64,000 nt of DNA, from contig OX597824.1 in the NCBI GenBank assembly GCA_951406725.2, positions 2,666,001-2,730,000 of the forward strand. The letters run 5' to 3'. Source of the DNA: Octopus vulgaris. Lineage: Eukaryota. Of this stretch, positions 53,397 through 64,000 are shown in pieces. How positions within the stretch are numbered: position 1 is the stretch's first letter; every line of letters begins with the position of its first letter. The notes under the pieces were generated by a model, which ran no database searches, was not told the origin of the DNA, and saw only the letters and a list, made by a program, of their open reading frames with translations. The translations under genes and the position numbers were made by a program.

Positions 53397-54166
53397 AATC
53401 TATTATGGATTATGACCAGATGTAGGGAATATTTCTATTTTTACGATGATGTATATGACTGGCGAGTGTTGTGCATTTATCGTGTTTCTCGTATCTAGAA
53501 GAATTGAGATGCGCTGCGTATCACTGTTTAAAATACAGGGCGGACCAAAATGATCTGACACATTTGGAGGCTTAATAAAGGCACAAAATAAGAAATAATG
53601 ATAAGAAAAACTTTGTTTTCTGAATGTACAATTTAAAATTTAAATCAGCTAAATGCTTCCCATCATTGTCGTTGACACTGTTGGAGACGTTCATGAAAGT
53701 TATCGATAACTCTATGGATCATTTCTTCTGGAATGGTGAAATGCGATTTCTTCTTCTGGGGATATTTAATATCAAATGTATTCAGTCATCACCTTCGATC
53801 TCTTAATGAATTAAAATGTGCAATATATGTAGAAATAGCAACCATTCCAGAAGAAATGATCCATAGAGTTATCGATAACTTTCATGAACGTCTCCAACAG
53901 TGTCAACAGACAATGATGGGAAGCATTTAGCTGATTTAAATTTTAAATTGTACATTCAGAAAACAAAGTTTTTCTTATCATTATTTCTTATTTTGTGCCT
54001 TTATTAAGCCTCCAAATGTGTCAGATCATTTTGGTCCGCCCTGTATTTTAAACAGTGATACGCAGCGCATCTCAATTCTTCTAGATACAAGAAACACTCG
54101 CCAGTCATATACATCATCGTAAAAATAGAAATATTCCCTACATTTGGTCATAATCCATAATAGATT
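53397..54166. repeat. Long palindrome (~340-bp arms, ~100-bp spacer) within a Tc1-like relic
   Basis: 53397-53737 is the near-perfect reverse complement of 53841-54166, with one ~19-bp indel. The spacer and right arm encode a Tc1-type C-terminus (DFFFWGYL...NELKCAI..EIATIPEEMIHRVIDNFHERLQQC). Confidence 0.9.
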
Positions 54167-54920
54167 CAGGGCTTCCATACCAAGGTCAAAGCTCAGCATG
54201 TAAGTTATGCCTATAAGAGGCGTTCCACATATTAAAATACAGCTTTTAATACTACTAAATAAATATAATGAGGCCCTAGATACATGCAACTGCCGCTTAT
54301 TTTCATACCTTCAAATTTTACCACAAATCTAAATGCCACCTAAATGACCACAGCTCACATATCCCAAACATCTCTTAAGTAATCCCCAACAATCTTATTT
54401 GACTTTCTATTAATTTTGTATCTCTCCAATCTTATTTTAATTGTTTATTTCTACACATATGGGTATGTGAGGATGTATGTGCGGATGTATATGCATATGT
54501 GTGTATGTGTGCATGTTTGTGTGTATATGTGCGCACGTGTATGCGTATATGCATGTATTTATGGGTATGTGTGTGTGTATGTATAAGTATGTGTATATAC
54601 GTGTGTATACATGCATGCGTATGTGTGTGTATGTATTTATATGTATACGTAAGTGTGTGCGTATGTGTATAAATATATGCATGCATTCGTACGGGTTTAA
54701 ATACACAGATGCGCAAACCTATATAATAATGCATACACACACATATATATGTACATAGGTGTGCGCATGCGTTTATCGATATACACTTCTTTCTTTCTTT
54801 CTCTCTGATTCTCCTACCCACACCATCACATTAGCCAGTAGAATAAACACATAAGTCTATTTATAGAAACCTGACCGTTCTTATTCTTCTTCCCTTTCGG
54901 TTTCTGGTTTACATTCGCAC

Positions 54921-55145
54921 AAGGCGGCGAGCTAGTAGAAACGTTAGCACGCCGGGCGAAATGCTTAGCGGTATTTCATCTGCCTCTACGTTCTGAGTTC
55001 AAATTCCGCCAAGGTCGATTTTGTCTTTCATCCTTTCGAGGTCCATTAAATAAGTACCAGTTACGCACTGGGGTCGATACAATCGACTTAATACGTTTGT
55101 TTTATCCCCTCTGTGCTTAGCTCCTTGTCGGTAGTAAAGAAATAG
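54921..55145 (+). mobile_element. SINE, family B, full length with a single copy of the minisatellite-type segment
   Basis: aaggcggcgagct...atcgacttaatacgtttg...cccctctgtgcttagctccttgtcggtagtaaagaaata. Confidence 0.85.
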
Positions 55146-55609
55146 GTTTGTGGTTTACTACTCACTTTAGAAATCTTCCTCGTATACCTTCTTCTGTAAC
55201 CATCCCTTATTGTCATTCTAACATATCACCCCACCTCACACCTCACACATATTCATTACTTATATTCTTATCTCTTCCTACCCGTTCCCTACTCTTCACC
55301 CATCCCACTTCATAATATCTTGATCACCCACTAACACTCCTTTTTTTCACCTTTTTTCACTTTCTTACAATTTTCTTTTCTTTTTCATTTTCTCATCCTG
55401 CTTTCATTTCTCTTCCTCTTCCTTTCCTTCTTCTTTTCTCACCTTTTCCTTTTGACCTCTCTCTTCATTTTAACATATACATCTCTTCTGCCCTCTCTAT
55501 CTACTTAATACTATCACTTCATTCTCATTTTTTCATTCACACCACAAGACACCTTTGAACGAACAGCACATGGAATCTGCATCTCCACACTTTCCATTTG
55601 TAATTACAA

Positions 55610-55950
55610 AATATGAACTCCTATCGGAATTTCCTTACCACGGACAAGAAGCATTTCTACCACTTCTACACACCATTTTCCTTGGATAATGGACATGCTA
55701 CTTTAACATCTTTACACATTTTTATTTCTACTTTCTTTCTCCTATTTCCCTAATACTCGTTATTTCCTTCCTTTTTCTAAATAACTCTTATATTGAACTC
55801 CAATATTTCCCTCTATTTAACGATCTCACATCGTCTCTGACGAAGGAATGTCCCTAATATACCAGAAACAGCTGTAAGACTGACGTTCCGTTTATAAATG
55901 TCCCGAAAATTCCACACAGTCTTGGCTTTGTTGTCTCATTTTATTTAACA
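55610..55950 (+). mobile_element. Penelope-like repeat with a degenerate hammerhead motif (paralog of ~31510-31850)
   Basis: Shares tatgaactcc..tcggaa, cttatattgaactc and gtct-CTGACGA...GAAAcagctgTAagac with the 31730 copy. Confidence 0.6.
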
Positions 55951-55998
55951 CACTGAGACACACACATATGAATATATGCATGCATATATATATGTATA

Positions 55999-56077
<79 letters not shown>

Positions 56078-56357
56078 GAATATATATATATATATATATA
56101 CAGGGTGAGAAAATAGAAAAATGTATTTATACTTATATGTATATATATATATGTGTGTATATATATGGGTTCGCCATGATAGATCGCTAGCTACTATACC
56201 TTTTTCTATTTTCTCTCCCTGTTTATTTCTGTGGTCCCTTCTGCCGAAGAGCGAAGGCTCGAGATGTAAGACATTCTCATTTCCCGAACGTTAAACTAAT
56301 ACATCTGGTTGTTGTTTACACAACCGTCTTCGTCTTTTGCATTTTTTGTAAATTCTC

Positions 56358-56405
<48 letters not shown>

Positions 56406-56450
56406 CATACATATATATGTATATATATATGTATGAGTGTGTGTGTATGA

Positions 56451-56547
<97 letters not shown>

Positions 56548-56674
56548 CTGCTCGTTTAGCCACCGGGGTGGCGTCATTTGAAGAGGAAAACAATGCGAAG
56601 CGCTTTGTGACCAGCGATGTATAGCAACTTCTGATACCCCAGTCGGTCACGTGACATATATACATACATACATG

Positions 56675-56742
<68 letters not shown>

Positions 56743-56743
56743 C

Positions 56744-57352
56744 ACGTGGTCTCATCAATAAATATCTAGAATGTTGCTATAGTAACGAATCTATAGCACG
56801 TAGAGTAATGCCGCTTGGCACAAATTGACCTTGATCTCTGTTGTGCATGCGCTCTAACTTTTAGCATTTTAGCATTTTAGCTCACTTTCACTGCTTACAG
56901 CAGTGCTTGGAAGGAAGGTGTGTAGCGTGTGATCGTCCTATTGACCATAACAGAACGTTTTGCCAAAAGCTTGGTGATACTTGCTCAGAGGCCTACGCAA
57001 AGTTTTCAAAATGATTCAATTTTTCTCGACACAATCAGGGAGATCTTGTGCAACTGAAATTCGAGTGTCTCTTCAGTCCGCTGGAAGCAGTTTTGGCACA
57101 AACTGGGCAGACATGCATCACATACCCAAATCTTCAGTGATAATGGACTGAACTGAACCGTAACTAATCTGCACATCCAATGATAAGTCACAGAATACCC
57201 CTCACAGCTGCACGCATATCTGCAATGTTTTTCCCAGTTCTGCTGGTTGTGGGTCTCCCAGAATGTTCATCAATGTCGACACTATTTCGGCCATCTTGGA
57301 AACAGCTGAACCATTTGTGTGCCACTCATACACTCCTCTCCGTAAACTTTCA
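56744..57352. mobile_element. Second, truncated copy of the mariner-derived foldback element
   Basis: Homologous to 2900-3540, including the same inversion junction (gcaaagttttcaaaatg...tctcgacacaatca). Confidence 0.8.
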
Positions 57353-58687
57353 TACATATGGATATGTAAGTAAACTGATAAATAAACAGACAGGTACATA
57401 ACACACACACATACACACACAACTAAAGACTGAAATACATGGCCATATATACACATACACACTTCACACACGCACACGCGCAAGGACACATACGGAGACG
57501 CACGTCCATACATAACAGATGCGCTACATAGTCACACAAACTCATACACATAGACACACTCAAACATGAGCATACAAATACATGAATATGCAGAATACAT
57601 ACATACAAATGTACGCATATTCATACATATATATGCATACACATACACGCATACACACATACATACACATATTTTAAAATATATCAGTAAGTATATTAAT
57701 GTAATAATTTTATGAGCATGTAATTTGGATAAATATTGATTATTTACGAAATCTTAAGTACTATTCTCTTTTAAGACCTATTGGTGAATCCCGTTATACT
57801 AAAGTACTTGTTACTGTTTGTATTATCTATACACCCCGTTATCCCTAAAGAAAGATTAATCCACCAGTTAATATTCTAGTTTAGTTATTTGCTCATAGAC
57901 TTCAAGCGTTACACTGCAAAATGGTATGATTCAAATATATTTAGCCTTCTTTCCTCATCTCGAGCCCTTGTTCTTTTCTCTTCTCTTTTCTTTTATGTAT
58001 ATGTCTTCACTCTGCTGAAGCTCTATGTACCAGATTGGCTGTGCTATAAAATATGACGAATATTGTTCTCAGAATTTTCTTTGCAGGCGCTGATACACAT
58101 TGGAAGAAGAAACGGCTGTTAGATATGTTTAAGTTTTGTATTTAAAAAATTAATAATCGATGATAGTCAATTTGTTTGTTGATCAAGAAATTTCTCCATT
58201 TTCTGTTTAATTTAAATTTGATTCCAGATAAACACTTGTTTATTTGTTATTGCCTATATCCTATCAGCATAGTATGCTTGCATATGCATATATGCATGCC
58301 CCGGGTTAACATAGGTAATTTATACCGGTAGTAAAAACGGATATTCTTAGACGGTTATTCCAACCGCTAACTCTACTAAACTATATATAGGAGAAGGTAA
58401 CTCAGGTAACTGGGATAACTCCGACAAAGAACCTGCAGATGGTTACAGAAGAAGGTATACGAGGAAGACTTCTAAAGTGTGTAGTAAACCACAAACCTAA
58501 ACTGGTTACCGATGATGTTGACTTGTTCTTCTTTTCGGATTATGACTGCTGTTGCTTAGTGAGTGGGATTAACACAGTGCACAGCCTTTCCTCACTTAAA
58601 AAATACCCTTCTTGCACAGGCATTGCACGATAACAACATTGATTAAGCTTCGTGCAATGGCCATACTCGATAACGAGGGGGCAGCCA

Positions 58688-58718
<31 letters not shown>

Positions 58719-58784
58719 CTGGTAAAACGGGAAGATAACAACAGATAGAAACCTCAATATTATGTAAATAGAGGAATTTATCTG

Positions 58785-58960
58785 TAAATATAATATGTGA
58801 CAATTATTCGGTAGCCAAGATAAAACTATGAGTTTCGGATGCTGAGGTGGAAATCCACACCAACATCTCTTCAGTTGTCCGGCCATCGGATAAGCGGTAT
58901 GAAAAATGTTTCAATAGTTTTATCTTGGCTACCGAATAATTGTTACATATTATATTTACA
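58785..58960. repeat. Foldback with ~45-bp arms and a degenerate hammerhead motif on the minus strand
   Basis: Arms tgtaaatataatatgtgacaattattcggtagccaagataaaactat / atagttttatcttggctaccgaataattgttacatattatatttaca. The minus-strand loop reads CTGAAGA-gatgttg...cagcatc-cGAAActcatagTT. Confidence 0.65.
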
Positions 58961-59744
58961 TATATATATATATAAATCATCTCTATCCAGTATGATACGG
59001 ATGTTATATAGAAACACACATACACACACATATATGGACATTAAAAGACGGTAGAAAATGTCACCTCTACATTAAATGGAGCATCATTGCAAAAGCCAGA
59101 AAATAAAGAGGGCCGCGTAACAAATTTGGATTCTCTGTCACTGTAAAACTAAATGACATTCACTCGACAAGTTTCATCCTAAATATTAGGGGTGAAATCT
59201 CGCCCTACATATTGAAAAAGTATTTCACATTTAAGCACTTCATGAGGACACACCACATGCGCCACTAATGCCGCCACGATTGCCCCTTCTTTATACGAGA
59301 AATGGGAATATACATAACACAGGTACTCGACACACAGTAGAAATATTCCCCTTGACGAACTACCTCAGTACACAAGAATAAGAAGATCATATACACCCAG
59401 AATATAATATAAGATAGCGCAAACAAATTTACCATTTACGTGACTGTTTACCCAAAAGTCAAATTCAAGAGGGTTAACCAGTCGAAAGATGTCACCCAAG
59501 AGTAGCGCACATTGATTTATCGTTTCCTTTATGAGAATCTCCGAGAATTCAACGAGATTTACTGCTTTTATCCAAAATGGTGACGAACACAATTCCTCCA
59601 TTTGATCGGCTAAAAGAAATGAAGATATTAAAATATTTTTATTTTTCCCTTAACATGAAACTAACGTTAGCCTTATCACGCAAACAAAGAAATCCTATCC
59701 ACCAATGCGGTGCAGAGCACTCATTTTTATCGTTCCACATTTAC

Positions 59745-59791
<47 letters not shown>

Positions 59792-60053
59792 ATAATAAAT
59801 CCAAAAAATTAAGAGCAAAAAGAAACAGCGTGAGGGCGTGGTAAGTGATCGCAGATTAACGTGTGATGAGATATTTTCTTCAAGTATGCAATGAACCATC
59901 CGATCTAGCAATTGAAATCACAATCGCCAGATCTTTTGTGCAACATCTTAACCACTATATATATATGCATGCCAACTTCCTAATAAGCTCGTATGTTTGT
60001 ATGTATAATTTAATAAAATAAATTTTTCCCAATTAAAAAAATTGTTTTATTAG

Positions 60054-60161
60054 GCAAATGCAACTCTGCCAGCACAAACATATTTATTGCTCATGATAGA
60101 TGCGGACGAATTTCCGAATTCTGAAATGGTGTATCCGCATTGGATAAAGGCACATATGACC
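60054..60161 (+). CDS. PEBP-family gene copy 2, exon 2
   Basis: ttgttttattag|...|gtaagt, 108 nt. Encodes ANATLPAQTYLLLMIDADEFPNSEMVYPHWIKAHMT and retains the D.D and HW motifs. Confidence 0.88.
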
Positions 60162-60941
60162 GTAAGTATAATAGATATTTTTTGGTAAATGTATTATCCT
60201 TTTATGCAGATATGTGCATTCATACATGCAACTGTTAATTTTAGCACCAATATGCGTATATAATTTTACAAATTGGAACGCACCGCGCACTCACATACAC
60301 ACACTTGCACACATGCATACACGCAAAGATGCATACACATGCACACAGATGCACATATTCATACACACAAATACAAGCAAATACACACATACATACATAT
60401 AAATAGCGAAGAGATTCAAGAAATTGTTTAACTGATAAATCATACTGAATATTGAGAAATTTCACTGAAACCTGCGCTAAAACATTATGAAAGAAATCAA
60501 ATATTTCTGTAATTTACCGGTTTCAACACTTTTAAAACATATTCTTTCTAATTAATGATGTTGTCATAATTTCATGATTATATAACTAGCTCTTGTTGGT
60601 GAAAATGCTTTAAATTCGTATGTGGTTGTTGGTGGTATCAGGGGAAGAGTTAAATAAATATTTACAGTAACTGGGGAGGCAATATGTTCGATAATGTTTT
60701 CGTTCAATTATTAACAGTAATGTATATAGGAATTGAAATTGATAAAATCTGTGTGTTCATGTGCAGTGGCTAGTTTTAAATGAATGCATCTTTTCATTTA
60801 TCCGACATTGTGCATGTGTGTGTGTGTATGTGTGTGCTTGTATGTGAGTGTATGTGTGTGTAGTAAAATAGTAATACGTGTAAGATCTATGATATATTCA
60901 AGTGCGTATATAAATATATATATAAATATATTTATGCTATA

Positions 60942-61046
<105 letters not shown>

Positions 61047-61179
61047 ATAATATATATATATATATCACATATATGTATGTGCATATATAGGCATAGGCGT
61101 GGCTGTTTGGTAAGAAACTAGCTACCTAACTACAAGGTTCCGTGTTCAGTCCCATTGCGTGGCAACTTGAGCAAGCTTT

Positions 61180-62330
61180 AGGACAAGGCTCCAACACCGA
61201 TGCCAACTACTTTGATTTCAGCAGGGTTGATGATAAGATTCTCTTAAAAAACTATCGAACATTGGTGTCTGTGGAATGATGCTACAATGGATCAAGTATT
61301 TCCTGACTGACAGAACTTGACACGTTGTAGTCGAAGGAGTAAAATCAAGCCCAGCCAAAATTAGTAGCGGCATTCCACAAGGCACTTTGCAGATGATTCC
61401 ATGATCCTGAAGGTCATCAATGGATTGGGTGACTGGACATGCCTTCAGTCAGATCCAATAAGTGGAAAATTAATAATATGCTGCTGAACGAGGACAAATT
61501 TGAGTTAATCCACTTCGGAAAGTAGGATACCCTGAAACTCCCATAATCCCTTTCATCAGGTGAAACTCTCATAGCATCCAACAACATCAGAGACGACTTG
61601 GGAGTAATTGTGGACAACAACGTAAGCTGGGCCGCTCATGTAAACAGCAAAGTTGACATAGCCCGCAGAATGTGTTACTGAATTCTCAAAACTTTCCAGT
61701 CGAAAAATATTCACACAATTATCCTTCTGTTCTCCGTTTTTGCTTGACCCCACCTTGAATAATGTTGTCCACTGTGGTCTCCCCAAACGAAACAAAATAT
61801 CATGAAAGTTGAACCGTTTCAAAGGTCAATTACAAAATAATAGATGACATGACAGGCTTTGTCTATTGAGGTTGACAAGAAAAGCTCGAGCTTTATTCTC
61901 GGTTTGATCACTGCTTCATCTGCAGGATGTAGAAAATATATCAGCAGCATTGCCCAAATGATGTTCGTATCAACTTAAGATATATCCAGATTTGGGCCCC
62001 GTGCTACCCGCCCACACCATAGATCACATTCGCATCTCATAACAATAATACGGCACAATTAGTTCACCTCAATTGGCCCCGCTCTGTTTAATATTTCATC
62101 AAAACACATTAAAACAGAAATAGACATCATAAAGTTTAAGAACTCTTTGGACAAATTCATTCAATAAATGCCGGGCAAAGCTCTACACCCGGATATGTCT
62201 CCGTAAACCATAACCCTTTACTTAAGTGAGCCATGTTATCCGATTCCTGAACTGAATGGCTTCGCCAAGTGGTGCCATTAAGTTAGATATCACCTGGGCC
62301 AATACTGGCCGAAACCTATCTAAGTATCAA
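61180..62330 (+). mobile_element. Degenerate CR1-type LINE RT and 3' end
   Basis: MLQWIKYFLTDR..VVVEG.KSS....SGIPQG, FADD, LNEDKFELIHFG, DLGVIVD and PHLE.CCPLWSP, with many stops. Confidence 0.85.
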
Positions 62331-62763
62331 ACTATAAAATAGTGTACATTTAGACACAAGAGAAATTAGATTTAACATGTAATTTTACACGCTAGAAAAA
62401 GCAGTCAAAACGACCGAAACCACATTTAAGAGTTATTTCGAAGGGAATGAAGAATAAAAACCTTCATATTGTTAATTTTTTACGGTTATACATAGGATTC
62501 AAATTTTTTTAGCAAAAAAATAATAACACTTTGAATATGGCCCTCGAGAAAGAGTAAAAGTAATTACCCGATCAATGACGGGTATTACAGCTACTACTTG
62601 AATAAATGAAGATACGTTATTCAATGTATATTACTCTTGTGGTGAGAACAACAACAACAAAAACATTTCTATATGATTACGTAAGTATATGTTTGTGTGT
62701 GTGCATATTTATGTATGGAAGCATGTAAGTATCAATGTATTCTTAATGAAATTATAATTGCAG

Positions 62764-62812
62764 CCCACACAACTGAAAGAGGGAGTAACAGCAGCATCCA
62801 GCGATTTGCTAC
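62764..62812 (+). CDS. PEBP-family gene copy 2, exon 3 (49 nt); exon 4 expected beyond the window
   Basis: taattgcag|...|gtaagt. Encodes PTQLKEGVTAASSDLL plus 1 nt, with the same size and phase as copy 1. Confidence 0.8.
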
Positions 62813-63343
62813 GTAAGTAATATTTTCATTGTTACTCAATAGTGATACATGCATGTACATACATACATACACACATAAAGACAAACATACATACATATAT
62901 GCATGCATGCGTGCGTGGGCACGCGTGAGGTTATCAATATAATTTGTTGTTCCGTTAAGTAAATAAACAAAAATCTACGCCATACAAACACGATCCAGTG
63001 AGAGATAAATATCATTGAATGTGCACAGAATAAAGATTCGAGCTGGTAATAGTTTCTTGTTTTGTACCTCCAAGCAATCTCAGGCTCTGAGCGCATGGTT
63101 CGTTCTATTTCTGAAGAGAATAGACCATATGCTCAGAGCCTCTGGATTGCTTGGAGACACAAGGCGTGTTGTAAAAACCTGTTTGTAAAAAGCCTGTCAA
63201 GATCAGTGCTTTGTTCGGTGAACCTTCCTGCTATTGCGTACATTAAATGATATGTATAAATGGATGTATGCATTCGTGGATGTATACACACACACAATGT
63301 GAGCGCACACAGACACTGACACACACACACATATACATATACA

Positions 63344-63379
<36 letters not shown>

Positions 63380-63462
63380 TATACATATCTATATATATTC
63401 ATGTATGTATGTATGTATGTATGTATGTATGTATGTATGTATGTATATGCACCAACAGCAGT

Positions 63463-64000
63463 GGAGGCGCAATGGCCCAATGGTTAGGGCAGCGGACTCG
63501 CGGTCGGAGGATCGCGGTTTCGATTCCAAGACCGGGCGTTGTGTATGTTTATATATATGCTTAACGAAAACACATAAAACTCCGAGGCTCCGGCAGGGGG
63601 TGGTGGCGACCCCTGTTGTACTCTTTCGCTCCAACTTTCTCTCACTCTTTCTTCCTGTTTCTTGTCCCCGACTTCTTACGCAACCGCTGAGCCAGGATGC
63701 GCATTCATTCATCCGTCGATGCTCTCGGTGTCAGGGGTTGATCTGCTTTCTCTTCTGCGGGTCTTACGAATAGCAAAGGACCACGTTTCGGACTTCTTCC
63801 ACTAAAGGGACGAAGACCGCTGCGCTCAACAAACAAACAATCAGGCACCAACAGCAGAAGAAGTAGACTAATTTTAGAAAGAAATACGGTCGGCAAAGGA
63901 ACAACAACCTCTCAAAATGTCTATCAAAACAACGAACTCTGTGCCTGAACAACTCTGGACCCATATAACAACTGAAGAGGTCACTCAAGGAGTGCAAAAT
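63463..64000 (+). mobile_element. Retroelement 5' end with a tRNA-like head
   Basis: ggaggcgcaatggcccaatggttagggcagcggac...ggtttcgattcc has A/B-box-like motifs. A long GC-richer unique body continues to the window end. Confidence 0.55.

Overview
Eukaryotic, AT-rich DNA dense in microsatellites and retroelements. The SINE and LINE families look like those of an octopod cephalopod; this is an inference from recalled repeat families, not a database match. Almost all ORFs in the supplied track are repeat artefacts. Reading splice sites directly gives the real genic content. (1) A minus-strand coding exon of unknown product runs off the left edge (471..1). (2) There is a variant tRNA-His gene at 1667-1738. 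(3) There are two tandem, plus-strand, multi-exon paralogs of a divergent PEBP (phosphatidylethanolamine-binding protein)-family gene. Copy 1 is complete: exons 23284-23478, 28779-28886, 32345-32393 and 42939-43216 give 209 aa with a signal peptide and a GPI-signal-like tail. Copy 2 has exons 52118-52312, 60054-60161 and 62764-62812, and its last exon lies beyond the window. The most striking signal is that the paralogs' mature-protein exons differ at about 25% of nucleotides, mostly non-synonymously, while the intron DNA flanking those exons is about 99% identical. The rest of the window holds R4/Dong-, CRE-, Hero- and CR1-type LINE relics, mariner/Tc1/hAT derivatives, several foldbacks carrying minimal hammerhead-ribozyme motifs, and a 6.9-kb 45-bp minisatellite that grew inside a single SINE.
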